Positions 28,212-38,319 of a stretch of DNA of 64,000 nucleotides are shown here, piece after piece. The translations under genes and the position numbers were made by a program. The notes beneath the pieces were generated by a model that had not been told where the DNA came from, did no database searches, and saw only the letters and a list, made by a program, of their open reading frames with translations. Source of the DNA: an uncultured Candidatus Saccharibacteria bacterium. GTDB taxonomy: Bacteria; Patescibacteriota; Minisyncoccia; Phycocordibacterales; UBA918. The stretch's first letter is position 1. Each line of letters opens with the position of its first letter. The DNA lies in NCBI GenBank assembly GCA_964350735.1, contig CAYGKO010000002.1, positions 90,134-154,133 of the forward strand, written 5' to 3'.

Positions 28212-29057
28212 TTAAACTCGTTGCTGAAGAAGGGCCATAGCACCGTACAATCCACCGACATCGGCTAGTTGGGCATCAACGATAGCGGGACAGGGTACTA
28301 CGTCATCAAGGGCATTCTCGGTGTGCTGAATGATATCATTGAGTAGGATACGCGGATCACCCACAATCATTGAACCGCCAAGTACCACCACATCAGGTGA
28401 CCAGTACAAAATTGTATTACGTAGACCATACCCCAGGTAGGCAGCTAACTGATCCCAGACTGCGTCATTTTGTGGCACATCGTACGGCTTCATCCCCATG
28501 CGTTTCTCAAGCGCAGTACCAGACACTAGGTTTTCTAAGGTCGGGGGCGTGTCCTCGCCCAGAATAGTCTGGTCAATATCCAAAATCTGGTGGCCAGGTT
28601 CAAAGCCATACTCGGTTGGACTCACGTGGCCGTTAATAATCCGAGCACCACCCACTCCGGTACTGACTGTTAGATACACGACCAACTCTTCACCTTTACC
28701 AGCTCCGTACACCGCTTCACCTAATCCAACGACTGCCGCATCATTCTCAAGCTGTGCCGGGCAACCAAACGCTTTCTTCATTTCAGCGGCAATTGGTTGA
28801 TCTACCCAACCTGGTAGTTTATCGCCCGGGTCAAAAATAAGTTCCGATTTATCATGATTTAAAATACCGCGAATACCACCAGCTACCCCTCGAATCTTTT
28901 TGTCTGTGAGTGACGCTACTGCCGTCTTCATTTCTTTAATCCCCTCTTTATAGTTTGCTGGGGTAGCAAATTTTACTGGCTCACAAAAAGTCTTTAGGTC
29001 TTCGCTGACTGCGACCCGGGTCTTCGTACCACCAACATCAAAAAGAACGTAACTCAT
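28212..29057 (-). CDS. ROK-family sugar kinase (glucokinase-like)
   Basis: DVGGTKTRVAV ATP-binding motif and LENDAAVVGLGE ROK motif. Confidence 0.7.
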   Translation of the reverse strand: MSYVLFDVGGTKTRVAVSEDLKTFCEPVKFATPANYKEGIKEMKTAVASLTDKKIRGVAGGIRGILNHDKSELIFDPGDKLPGWVDQPIAAEMKKAFGCPAQLENDAAVVGLGEAVYGAGKGEELVVYLTVSTGVGGARIINGHVSPTEYGFEPGHQILDIDQTILGEDTPPTLENLVSGTALEKRMGMKPYDVPQNDAVWDQLAAYLGYGLRNTILYWSPDVVVLGGSMIVGDPRILLNDIIQHTENALDDVVPCPAIVDAQLADVGGLYGAMALLQQRV

Positions 29058-29061
29058 ATAT

Positions 29062-29556
29062 TTATGTCATTAGTTTATCACGAACCTCTAGCCAAGATTC
29101 TTTCATCCAATCTGCTATGTGGGTTTCTTTCAAAAGCAGATCGTCTATAGACGCAATAGGTACCCACTTGGTCTCTGCCACCTCAGAGGGATCCAGATTT
29201 AGTACCATATCTTTTGGAATGTGCGCTTTAAAAATAACTGAGAATGTATCCTTACCTTTTATGCACTCAGTCAGCTGTATAAGCTCAGTATCAATACCCA
29301 GTTCTTCTTTTATTTCACGCCTACCCGCTTCTTCGTAGCTCTCTCCATAATCAACATGCCCACCAGACATATCCCAATACCCAGGAAAAGCAAACATAGT
29401 ATCTGATCGCTTTTGGAGTAGAAGATACTTTCCATCAGTACTTATAATGAAAACTCTGGCTATCTGCCTATACCAATTATTATTCCGAGCTTCTGTGATT
29501 GTCGTGACTCCAATAACTTTATTCTCTTCATCAACCTTATGAATTGGATTTGGCAT
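29062..29556 (-). CDS. NUDIX hydrolase
   Basis: Nudix box GGHVDYGESYEEAGRREIKEELGI. Confidence 0.8.
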   Translation of the reverse strand: MPNPIHKVDEENKVIGVTTITEARNNNWYRQIARVFIISTDGKYLLLQKRSDTMFAFPGYWDMSGGHVDYGESYEEAGRREIKEELGIDTELIQLTECIKGKDTFSVIFKAHIPKDMVLNLDPSEVAETKWVPIASIDDLLLKETHIADWMKESWLEVRDKLMT

Positions 29557-29558
29557 AC

Positions 29559-30818
29559 TTACATCTTCAAGATCTTCCTTGTCTTGTCCTTATACAATTC
29601 GACATTTGGTTGATTAAAGGCATTGACACCCATCAAATTGGCGACATACATGGTTTCAAGCATCCGCATTCCCATGAAGAGGCCGAGCGAGTAGGCTAAG
29701 TCGTCTTCTAGTAGCGTTGCGCGGTACGGTAGCTCTTGCGCTTGATAGGCACCAACTACTCCCCCGTAAATAGCAGTGCTGATTTCTTGCAATGACTTTC
29801 CTTTAAGTTTTGGAGCAATTTTTGTTTTCTTACTGACTTCAAAGTCATGCACTTCGTCATCAAAAGAAACGAAGTCGGTGTAGACATTCGGGAATTTACT
29901 AAAGTACAACTGACCGATCGAATGTAACTCTACTGGCGTTGAGATAGTCGGGATAAACCCTTCTTTCACTGGCTGTTTTTTAGTGTCAAATTCCTTCCCT
30001 AAACTTTCAGCAGTCAGCTGGCGATACCACTTACCGAGTCGCACCAGTCGGGTATCGAACGCAAAGAAATTAACGCTGTTGGTTCCCTTTTGCAGGTATG
30101 CATACAATCGCGCAGCACTCTCTGCCACGGCTTCTTCGAAAGGTTCCGCTGTAGCATCTTCGAGACCATTAAGAATAGCTTCGATATCATGACCGAGTAG
30201 CATGAGCGGCACCAGCCCCACGCTTGTAAAGACCGAGTAACGACCACCGATACTTTCTTGCATCGGCACCACGTGGCCACCCAATTTCTTACCGGCCTTG
30301 AGGAGGTCATTGCCCGGATTACCGATATACACCACCTGTTTGTACACAACCTTTCCAAGCTGATCTTCAAGCGCTTCGAGCAAGACTGATGTATTAGCCA
30401 GTGTCTCGGTGGTCCCGCCAGATTTACTAATGGCACAAATTGCGATCTGTTCAGCTTTTTTAACCCCCTTAAGAGCGCTGAGAAGCTGTTGTAACTCAAA
30501 AGCTGAAACGGTATCAAGTATGTGCAGTTGCGGCGACTTCTCAATCGCCAGCACACTATGGATCGCCTCCGTCCCCAAGCTTGATCCGCCAATTCCAACT
30601 ACGACAACATGCTTCACTTTCTTGAAGTGCGGTTGCAGTGCGTATACTGCCTCAAGAGTCGCCTCATCCTGCCACGTCGCTAGTGAAGATTCGGCTTTAG
30701 TAAAATCACCTCCATTTACAATTTTTAATACCTTCTTTCGGTATTTCTCTAAATCATTTACCCCCTTAGTAATCGCTCGGTCAGTAACTGTCTTAGTGTC
30801 AAAGTAGGTAATATTCAT
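29559..30818 (-). CDS. pgi: glucose-6-phosphate isomerase
   Basis: VVVVGIGGSSLGTEA SIS motif and PGI-like C-terminal region; 419 aa. Confidence 0.8.
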   Translation of the reverse strand: MNITYFDTKTVTDRAITKGVNDLEKYRKKVLKIVNGGDFTKAESSLATWQDEATLEAVYALQPHFKKVKHVVVVGIGGSSLGTEAIHSVLAIEKSPQLHILDTVSAFELQQLLSALKGVKKAEQIAICAISKSGGTTETLANTSVLLEALEDQLGKVVYKQVVYIGNPGNDLLKAGKKLGGHVVPMQESIGGRYSVFTSVGLVPLMLLGHDIEAILNGLEDATAEPFEEAVAESAARLYAYLQKGTNSVNFFAFDTRLVRLGKWYRQLTAESLGKEFDTKKQPVKEGFIPTISTPVELHSIGQLYFSKFPNVYTDFVSFDDEVHDFEVSKKTKIAPKLKGKSLQEISTAIYGGVVGAYQAQELPYRATLLEDDLAYSLGLFMGMRMLETMYVANLMGVNAFNQPNVELYKDKTRKILKM

Positions 30819-30833
30819 AAGAGAAGTGTTAGG

Positions 30834-31571
30834 TTAAATCTTGCGCGGGTTTTTAGTATCTACTACTTTCATGATGTACTTATAGGCTTCATCAACACTA
30901 TCTACTAAGTGGAAGAGATCGAGATCCTCTTTACTGATCGTCTTGTATTTCTTAAGTAGATCTTTTTCAAAGTATTGCAGGAGTGGTGTCCAATATTCTT
31001 TTCCAAATAGAACAATTGGTACTGGTTCAATTTTTTTGGTCTGAATAAGTGTGACGATTTCAAAGAATTCATCCATAGTGCCGAAACCACCGGGGAAATA
31101 CACATACACCTCAGATGCGTAGGTCAACATCACTTTTCGTGAGAAAAAGAAGTGATAATTTTGGGACTCAGTGGTGTATGGATTAAGCTTTTGCTCAAAC
31201 GGCAATTCGATATTAAGTCCAACTGACTTCCCTCCCACCTTAAACGCACCAACATTAGCCGCTTCCATTACTCCTGGTCCCCCGCCAGTAATAATGGCAA
31301 AGTTCTTCTTTGCTAACCTTGCAGCTAATTCTTCGGCTCCGGCATACACTTCATCTCCAGCGCCACAACGCGCACTTCCGAAGAACGTTGCCGCCATACC
31401 GTATTTACGAAGCAATTCAAATCCTTCCACAAATTCCGCCATAATGCGGAACACTCGCCAACTTTCGACAGCATCTCCATTAGCATCAAGGAGTTCAGTT
31501 ACAATCCGGCAATTATCAATATGTTTCTTTCCTTTCTTAGCTACTTTTTTAGTGGTGGTTTTTCTTGGCAT
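30834..31571 (-). CDS. LOG-family protein (TIGR00730; cytokinin riboside 5'-monophosphate phosphoribohydrolase-like)
   Basis: ITGGGPGVMEAANVGA and GGFGTMDEFFE motifs. Confidence 0.8.
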   Translation of the reverse strand: MPRKTTTKKVAKKGKKHIDNCRIVTELLDANGDAVESWRVFRIMAEFVEGFELLRKYGMAATFFGSARCGAGDEVYAGAEELAARLAKKNFAIITGGGPGVMEAANVGAFKVGGKSVGLNIELPFEQKLNPYTTESQNYHFFFSRKVMLTYASEVYVYFPGGFGTMDEFFEIVTLIQTKKIEPVPIVLFGKEYWTPLLQYFEKDLLKKYKTISKEDLDLFHLVDSVDEAYKYIMKVVDTKNPRKI

Positions 31572-31673
31572 GCTTACATTTTATCATGCACTTAGAGCCA
31601 GTGGATTTTATATTGCTCAAATTCTGGGGTTAACCTTGCTTAGGCAAGCTGTGCAGCTTCTGTAAGAAGAAGT

Positions 31674-32267
31674 TTACAACCAAGGAATTTCGTATTGTTC
31701 AAATTCTGGTAATAACTTTTTGTCATAGAGTAGTCGCGAAGTGACTTCCGCGTGGCAAAGCGCACCGGTCAGTGCATTATGCGGATGGGGCTCTTCGGGA
31801 ATACCGCAGTAGTTCAATACCATATCGAGATTCAGCGCACTGCGCTTATGCTGAGGATCAACCGGCGGAGTGCCACCAGACTTAATGATATGCATCCAAC
31901 ACATAGTATGAGTGTCGAGCGTACGGTAGGCCAGCGTCCAGTTCTGACCAGCCCGTTCTGTACCAGCGCGCAGCATATCGCGATCAAAGGATACATTCTG
32001 TCCCGTTAGAGTGCGATCAGCCAAATGCTGTGTCCATTCCATAAACTCAATCACCAGTTCCGCCTCAGTCTTTTTAGTTTCATCGGTAATCTCTGCTTCA
32101 GTAAAACCATTAACCTCAAGCGCCCCGTCCATTACATGTGCCCCCTCCCAAATCTTACACTCACCATAAAACCGCTTGGCCGGATCCTCAAAACTCACCG
32201 CTCCAATCGACACAATCGAGTGCTTGTCATAATTTGTACCTGAGGCTTCGATATCAAGAATCAACAT
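31674..32267 (-). CDS. DEDD-type 3'-5' exonuclease (DnaQ-like fold)
   Basis: LILDIEASG Exo I motif, QNVSFDRDML Exo II motif, HNALTGAL Exo III region. Confidence 0.6.
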   Translation of the reverse strand: MLILDIEASGTNYDKHSIVSIGAVSFEDPAKRFYGECKIWEGAHVMDGALEVNGFTEAEITDETKKTEAELVIEFMEWTQHLADRTLTGQNVSFDRDMLRAGTERAGQNWTLAYRTLDTHTMCWMHIIKSGGTPPVDPQHKRSALNLDMVLNYCGIPEEPHPHNALTGALCHAEVTSRLLYDKKLLPEFEQYEIPWL

Positions 32268-32270
32268 AGT

Positions 32271-33473
32271 TTATTTAAAAGTATCAGGAATTTGAACGAT
32301 CTTCATATCAATTAACCTTCCTGGTCTAGTGGCAATATCATACCGTCCAAATCCTATCTCACCTTCAGAAGTTACAATAAAGTCACTGTCACATGTCATA
32401 CCAATGTCACCACATAAGGTAATTTCTGGTGAATTTTCAGTGTACAAAACTTCAGTACGATTAGCAGCATAATCAAACACCTTAACTTCAGTAGAACTCA
32501 CTGTTACGAGTAACGTGTTTGAAGGATCTGTACTAAATTGGTTAAACCGAAACCACTGCTTTGCATCATCAAACGGAACACCATCCCAATCCAAAGAATT
32601 AACTACCTCCCCAGTTGACTCATCAAATACTAGATATCCAGAAGGAGCGTGTGAGCATCTATCACAAATCACTAATAGCGTAACCTCCTCTTCGGACAAA
32701 ATTCTACCCCACATAGAAAAACCAGTGTCTTGTGCGTACATTATAAAATCAGGAAAGCTTAGTCCGAGATGTGTAGCAACTACTCTCGTGTACTTATTAT
32801 CGATCAGGGAAATAGCTGTTTCGATGCGCCAGCTTAAATCTTTTTGGTCAACTGTCTTAACCTCCTTTTTTTCCACTTCAATCCAAGGCTCTTTTGATAA
32901 GTCTTCTACATAACACTGTCCATCATCTGGACAAATTCTATTATCATTCTCTGGGATCAACTTATAGCGATAGCCACTATCAGTCCACTCAAAAATCGTG
33001 CCATTTCCAGCTACAGACCCCAACAGAGTGAGCACGTCTGTTTTGGCGTCGTATACATACAAAACCATCGGACCATGGTTAGTTTTACTTGAACTGATTT
33101 GGTAAACTCCGTTATCGTTACCACTTCGAACATACAGGAATGGATACATAAAATCTTTCTCCTTCAGTAACTTAAGAACCCCACTTGAAATTGATCCTAC
33201 TTCAGGTGAAACTTCGACAAAAATCTTACTGTTCCCACTTGAATTTTTCTCATCGAGTTCCATACCATCATATGGAACTTCTTTTACTACCCGTTCTTCA
33301 TCTTCAAATATCCTGTCCCCTGCTAACTGATATCCCACATACCCACCCACAAACGGCAGGATAATGAAAAGTGCCATCGCTAGGTACTTTGACACTGGTG
33401 TGACTTGATGGAGACGACTGGCAGGAGCCGCTGCCGTTTCTTCATTTTCTACTGGAGTATTTTCTGGTTCCAT
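32271..33473 (-). CDS. hypothetical membrane-anchored extracellular protein
   Basis: N-terminal signal-anchor helix then a 350-aa non-repetitive domain; no recognised motif. Confidence 0.4.
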   Translation of the reverse strand: MEPENTPVENEETAAAPASRLHQVTPVSKYLAMALFIILPFVGGYVGYQLAGDRIFEDEERVVKEVPYDGMELDEKNSSGNSKIFVEVSPEVGSISSGVLKLLKEKDFMYPFLYVRSGNDNGVYQISSSKTNHGPMVLYVYDAKTDVLTLLGSVAGNGTIFEWTDSGYRYKLIPENDNRICPDDGQCYVEDLSKEPWIEVEKKEVKTVDQKDLSWRIETAISLIDNKYTRVVATHLGLSFPDFIMYAQDTGFSMWGRILSEEEVTLLVICDRCSHAPSGYLVFDESTGEVVNSLDWDGVPFDDAKQWFRFNQFSTDPSNTLLVTVSSTEVKVFDYAANRTEVLYTENSPEITLCGDIGMTCDSDFIVTSEGEIGFGRYDIATRPGRLIDMKIVQIPDTFK

Positions 33474-33512
33474 ATAATGAAACTATAGCACTATTTGCTA
33501 TGATAAGAGGAT

Positions 33513-34175
33513 ATGAATGTGCAAATTGAGGACAGTTGGAGGGGGGCTCTGGCTGATGAATTTGAAAAGGAGTATTTTAAAACTCTCTCGGCTTCGGTCA
33601 GCGCAGAATATCTGATTAGGACTATCTATCCGCCAGAGTCACTTATTTTTAATGCGTTTAATCACTGTGCTTTTGCTGATGTAAAAGTGGTTATCCTAGG
33701 GCAAGACCCATATCACGGCCCCGGACAAGCGATGGGGCTAGCGTTCTCAGTACCAGACGAAACAAAGGTTCCACCGTCACTCTTGAATATATATAAAGAA
33801 ATTAACGCTGATATTGGAACCGAAATTCCAAGCAGCGGAAACTTAGCGCGGTGGGCCACGCAAGGTGTTTTACTACTGAATTCGACGCTTACCGTGCGTG
33901 CCGGTGAAGCCGGCGCGCACCAAGGCCTCGGCTGGGAAACCTTCACCGACGCAGTGATCAAAAAGATATCGGATGAGAAAGAACACGTCGTATTTCTGCT
34001 CTGGGGCAATTACGCCCACAGTAAAAGCTCTTTGATCGACACAGCAAAACATCTGGTACTCGAAGCCCCGCACCCTTCACCACTATCAGCTCACCGCGGC
34101 TTCTTCGGGTGTAAACACTTTTCTCAAACTAACAATTACCTGCAGAAGCAAGATTACAGACCTATTACTTGGTAG
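33513..34175 (+). CDS. ung: uracil-DNA glycosylase (family 1)
   Basis: VVILGQDPYHGPGQAMGLAFSV water-activating loop and HPSPLSAHRGF leucine-intercalation loop. Confidence 0.9.
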   Translation: MNVQIEDSWRGALADEFEKEYFKTLSASVSAEYLIRTIYPPESLIFNAFNHCAFADVKVVILGQDPYHGPGQAMGLAFSVPDETKVPPSLLNIYKEINADIGTEIPSSGNLARWATQGVLLLNSTLTVRAGEAGAHQGLGWETFTDAVIKKISDEKEHVVFLLWGNYAHSKSSLIDTAKHLVLEAPHPSPLSAHRGFFGCKHFSQTNNYLQKQDYRPITW

Positions 34176-34964
34176 CTAATCTGTCACCACTTTTGCAACA
34201 GCGGCACCGAAATACACGATACAAGCTGTGACGTAAACCCATATTAGCAAGGCAAGAATAAGACCGGCTGCGCCGAAGAGTCCCGGTACTGGAGTCAGGT
34301 CAACGTACAAAGCTACCAGTACTTTAGCCACCATAAACAGAACAGCGGCAACTGACGCGCCTAAAATTCTCGCTTTCAAGCTTGGTGACTCCCAGGGCAA
34401 CACCTTATATAAAAGACTAAACAATAGTGTCGTTACCAAAAAGATAAAGAGCAGCTTTAGGGTCCAAAGTATTGGGTACCACGTTCCTCCAGATAGAGTT
34501 TCCACCATCAAACTGACGCCAATGACTGAGAGTATATACAGCTCTAGAATTACAATAAAAGAAATTGAATTCAAGCATTTTTTAAGCCACCCTTTAAAAC
34601 CACGATGTCCAATTCCCCACAAGTGATGCAGCCCGGACGTAACAGTGTTACACATCACCACCACCATTCCTGAGAAAAAAATCGCGCCAAAGATTGGTAA
34701 TCCGATACCGGCTGACAAGTCATCGAGATTTTGAACTGCCAAACTCAACAGTGTCAGAATATCAGGACCGAGCACTGCGCCCCAGCTAAGCAGTTGGACC
34801 TTAATTGTATCTCCACCCACAACCAGACCAAGTAAAGTAATAGTGAGCAATAACAGTGGCGTAATAGCGAACAATGAGTAATACGAAACTGTGGCAGCCA
34901 TATGGTCAGCATCACGATCGTACCAGAGCTCAGCTGCAGCTAACAGCGTTTTAAAGAAATTCAT
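34176..34964 (-). CDS. YihY/BrkB (RNase BN-like) family membrane protein
   Basis: YYSLFAITPLLLL signature; 6 TM helices; ATG at 34964 avoids overlap with the upstream gene. Confidence 0.65.
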   Translation of the reverse strand: MNFFKTLLAAAELWYDRDADHMAATVSYYSLFAITPLLLLTITLLGLVVGGDTIKVQLLSWGAVLGPDILTLLSLAVQNLDDLSAGIGLPIFGAIFFSGMVVVMCNTVTSGLHHLWGIGHRGFKGWLKKCLNSISFIVILELYILSVIGVSLMVETLSGGTWYPILWTLKLLFIFLVTTLLFSLLYKVLPWESPSLKARILGASVAAVLFMVAKVLVALYVDLTPVPGLFGAAGLILALLIWVYVTACIVYFGAAVAKVVTD

Positions 34965-34977
34965 ACCAAATAGATTA

Positions 34978-35331
34978 TCACAAACCAGGGCAATTACTGG
35001 CTGGACTGTACCCCGCACTCGCAGCCTGCTCAGCAGTACTGAAGAAAACTTTATTAGCTTCATTCATCTGCTTGGCCCCGGGACAGGTCAGGAGATGATA
35101 TTTAGTGCCATTCTTAGAAGCGACATAATTTTTAGCGCTATTGTCAGACGTTTCGGCTGCTGTAACAGGGTCAGAGAGTGGCTGAGTGACTGACACTGCT
35201 GCAGATTGGTTTTCTACTACTGAACTCATCGAAAGTTTCCCCAGACCAAAAGAAGCGCCCGCCACCACAATAATCAATAGTCCGTAAAAAACCGCATCAT
35301 CTGCCAAAAACCCCTTGATCTTATTGAACAT
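34978..35331 (-). CDS. membrane-anchored small protein with C-terminal Cys motif (Ada-Zn-like?)
   Basis: N-terminal TM helix; C-terminal YHLLTCPGAK...AASAGYSPASNCPG resembles the Ada metal-binding pattern; weak. Confidence 0.3.
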   Translation of the reverse strand: MFNKIKGFLADDAVFYGLLIIVVAGASFGLGKLSMSSVVENQSAAVSVTQPLSDPVTAAETSDNSAKNYVASKNGTKYHLLTCPGAKQMNEANKVFFSTAEQAASAGYSPASNCPGL

Positions 35332-35373
35332 ATCTTGTATACTCTCGCCACTAAAGTCTAATTATTATATCGT

Positions 35374-35652
35374 ATGTCACAGAAAAAAGCCGGTGGATCG
35401 TCAAAAAACCTACGTGATTCAAATGCAAAATATTTGGGTGTTAAGCGTGCTGACGGCCAAAAGGTAGAAACTGGTGAAGTCATTGTACGACAGCGAGGCA
35501 CTAAGATCGAAGCTGGTACAAACGTTAAAGTTGGAAAAGATCACACTCTTTTCGCAGCTACTCCAGGAACAGTTACTTTCCGCGAAAAGCGAAAGGTTCG
35601 ATACAACGGTCAGGTTACAACCAAAAAAACAGTTGACGTGGTAGTTGCGTAA
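35374..35652 (+). CDS. rpmA: 50S ribosomal protein L27
   Basis: [26 protein letters not shown]...[23 protein letters not shown] is the L27 signature. Confidence 0.9.
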   Translation: MSQKKAGGSSKNLRDSNAKYLGVKRADGQKVETGEVIVRQRGTKIEAGTNVKVGKDHTLFAATPGTVTFREKRKVRYNGQVTTKKTVDVVVA

Positions 35653-35660
35653 GCGACTCC

Positions 35661-35699
35661 ATAAGAAAAGCCGACGCGTATCGCGTCGGCTTTTCTTAT
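35661..35699. terminator. terminator hairpin 1 (18-bp perfect stem)
   Basis: ATAAGAAAAGCCGACGCG-tat-CGCGTCGGCTTTTCTTAT. Confidence 0.55.
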
Positions 35700-35709
35700 C
35701 CATTTAATG

Positions 35710-35756
35710 AACAACGATACAAAAAGCTCCCACTGGGAGCTTTTTGTATCGTTGTT
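35710..35756. terminator. terminator hairpin 2 (23-bp perfect stem)
   Basis: AACAACGATACAAAAAGCTCCCA-c-TGGGAGCTTTTTGTATCGTTGTT between convergent rpmA and the cyclophilin gene. Confidence 0.55.
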
Positions 35757-35765
35757 ACTATAAGG

Positions 35766-36467
35766 CTAGTTTCGTACGATAGTAATAGATTCGATCACCA
35801 CTGGATCAGCTGGAATATCTCGGGGCTTAGTTTCGGTTGTGCCAATCGCGTCGACTACATCCATACCTTTAGTTACTCGTCCAAACACTGGATGTTTTGA
35901 AGTGAATGGCGGTTTATCGAAGTCAAGATTGGTATTGTCATTGAGGTTAATAAACCACTGACTACCACCTGAGTTCGGTTGGCCAGTGTTCGCCATTGCG
36001 ATAGTGCCTCGTACGTTTGTCAAAAGCTCACCTTCTACAAACTCATCTTGCACATTTTCGTCTGGTCCCCCTGTACCGTAAATAGCTTCATTGTCGCCAC
36101 GACTATTTGGATCACCTCCTTGAATCATGAAGCCTTCAATCACACGATGAAATTTAGTATCAGTATAAAAGTCAGACTCTACCAACTTCACAAAGTTAGC
36201 AACTGTTACTGGCATTTGATCTTCAAAAAGTTCAAGTTCGATTACACCACGATTAGTGGTAAAAACTGCTGTTGGATTCATATCGTTAATTACACTAGGA
36301 TTAAACACCTCCTGCTCTTCTGCTGTATACGGTCCGGCAAACTCAGTGTCCTCATCTAGCACTAAGAGTTCTCGCGTATCACTGGTTGCACTACCCCACC
36401 ACGCCAAAGCGAGCACAAGGAGTCCGCAAACCCCCAGTAGCGCAACAATATATGAGGTCTTGATCAT
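35766..36467 (-). CDS. cyclophilin-type peptidyl-prolyl cis-trans isomerase, membrane anchored
   Basis: FHRVIEGFMIQGGDP and GTIAMANTGQPNSGGSQWFINL cyclophilin motifs; N-terminal TM helix. Confidence 0.85.
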   Translation of the reverse strand: MIKTSYIVALLGVCGLLVLALAWWGSATSDTRELLVLDEDTEFAGPYTAEEQEVFNPSVINDMNPTAVFTTNRGVIELELFEDQMPVTVANFVKLVESDFYTDTKFHRVIEGFMIQGGDPNSRGDNEAIYGTGGPDENVQDEFVEGELLTNVRGTIAMANTGQPNSGGSQWFINLNDNTNLDFDKPPFTSKHPVFGRVTKGMDVVDAIGTTETKPRDIPADPVVIESITIVRN

Positions 36468-36469
36468 AC

Positions 36470-36910
36470 TTACGCCGCTACTATATTAACCGTGATTTCT
36501 ACTTCGGTGTCAGCACTTTTAAGTGCTACCGTATGCTCACCGACAGACTTAATTGGTTCAGCAAAGACCACTTGAGCTGCCGACACTGCCTGTCCAGCAG
36601 CAACAGCTGCAGCCGCTACAGTTTCTGCCTTCACCGCTTCAAACATGTGCCCTTGCTCATTTGCTTCTACCGTAAGTACGAGTGGCGTAGCCTTGAAAGC
36701 TTCGGCTGCTGCCTGCAGCTGTTCAGTACTTGCCCCAGCTTCAGCTGTACGCTTAGCATTTCGGGCTGCATTCTTTTTTAGATTCTCTGGTGATGCCAAT
36801 TCTGCTAAGCCCCGGGGAATAAGCATATTCATTGCATACCCATCAGGCACGGTAGCTTCCTCAAATCGACGTCCAATCTTCGCTACATCTTGTAGAAGAA
36901 TTACTTTCAT
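36470..36910 (-). CDS. rplI: 50S ribosomal protein L9
   Basis: [37 protein letters not shown]-domain signature. Confidence 0.85.
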   Translation of the reverse strand: MKVILLQDVAKIGRRFEEATVPDGYAMNMLIPRGLAELASPENLKKNAARNAKRTAEAGASTEQLQAAAEAFKATPLVLTVEANEQGHMFEAVKAETVAAAAVAAGQAVSAAQVVFAEPIKSVGEHTVALKSADTEVEITVNIVAA

Positions 36911-36974
36911 AGTTTAGTATCAATCAATAATAAAGTGTCGCTATCATAGCGAAATTGCGCACACAGAGCAAATG

Positions 36975-38261
36975 CTAGCGATTTAGGTACTCAATGGCGG
37001 CTTCAAGTTGTGGATCAATATCCTCAACAATTTGTTGTGGGGTTCTTTCAATTTCAATATCTGGAGTCAATCCCCCGTCTGAAATTGAGGTACCATCAGG
37101 TGTAAACCAGCGAGCAATCGTGACCTTAAGCGATGCACGGTCTGGCAAATCTACCAATTCTTGCACTGACCCCTTACCAAAGGTATTTTCACCCAGGAGT
37201 ACTGCTACGCCATGTTCCTGTAGTGCCCCAGCCAAAATCTCAGAGGCAGACGCCGAACCACCATCGATCAACACCACCATTTCTTCAGGTGCCATTTCAC
37301 GCATCGTGCGACCGCTACTTCGATAGACTTCCTCTTCCGTATTCTCACCAAAGCTCTCACGCACTACCACCTTCCCAGCTGGTAAGAAATATCCAGCGAT
37401 CGCAACCGCACTCTGCAAGAATCCACCAGGGTTACCGCGGAGGTCGAGCACGAGCTTATCTGCCCCTGATCGGACGTATTCTCGCAGTGCTTCCTGCATC
37501 TTTTGCTCTGAGATCGCGTTAAAACTATAGAGACTAATAATGAACACATCACCTTCTTGTTCAGTAGCGATGGTTGGAATATCAATCAGGTCGCGGATGA
37601 CACTAATCTCTTTGAAATCCATCTCCCCTTCTCGTGCCACGGTCAGCACCACTTCAGTTCCTCGTTCACCTCGGATTAGCTTCACAGCCGCATCAATCCC
37701 CATTCCGTCAGTACTGGTCTCGTCAATCTTGGTGACAATATCTCCTGCCACAATCCCCGCTCGTTCTGCTGGCGTGTTCGGGAGTGGCGCAATTACCGTA
37801 ATGAAACCATCACGCAGACCAACCTCCATACCAACTCCACTGAATTCTCCTGATATATCCTCCTCAAACTGTGCAGCTTCTTGTGGTGGTAAATATACTG
37901 TATACGGATCGTCGTAACTACCAACCAAACCATCAATAGCCCCCTGGATTCTATCTTCGACTGATACAGTTGCAGTACTCGAAGAATTGACGAATTTCTC
38001 CTCCATTAGATCCCACACCCGCCAGAACTCCGTCAGGTCAGCTTCATCAGGTTGCGCTGGTTGTGTCGAAAAGAACGAGAACAAACTAGCTTCATTCTGC
38101 GCTTCTGCTACTTGCCCTCCACCTAACTGAAAGCCGGAGAAAAAAGCCGCTGCAGACAGCAAGACAGCCAGGCCGACCCCTAACAAATTAGCTTTAGACT
38201 TCCCTTCAGTTTCAGTCAAAATAGTTTCACTCATGTGTCTAATATTACGCGTAAAGTACAC
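36975..38261 (-). CDS. C-terminal processing peptidase (S41, CtpA-like)
   Basis: PDZ region, DLRGNPGGFLQ and LIDGGSASASEILAGAL motifs; start may be the ATG at 38234. Confidence 0.85.
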   Translation of the reverse strand: MYFTRNIRHMSETILTETEGKSKANLLGVGLAVLLSAAAFFSGFQLGGGQVAEAQNEASLFSFFSTQPAQPDEADLTEFWRVWDLMEEKFVNSSSTATVSVEDRIQGAIDGLVGSYDDPYTVYLPPQEAAQFEEDISGEFSGVGMEVGLRDGFITVIAPLPNTPAERAGIVAGDIVTKIDETSTDGMGIDAAVKLIRGERGTEVVLTVAREGEMDFKEISVIRDLIDIPTIATEQEGDVFIISLYSFNAISEQKMQEALREYVRSGADKLVLDLRGNPGGFLQSAVAIAGYFLPAGKVVVRESFGENTEEEVYRSSGRTMREMAPEEMVVLIDGGSASASEILAGALQEHGVAVLLGENTFGKGSVQELVDLPDRASLKVTIARWFTPDGTSISDGGLTPDIEIERTPQQIVEDIDPQLEAAIEYLNR

Positions 38262-38319
38262 GTATTATTGCACAGGCAATTACAATCACCAAAAAACTGC
38301 ATGCTATCATATAGGCAGT

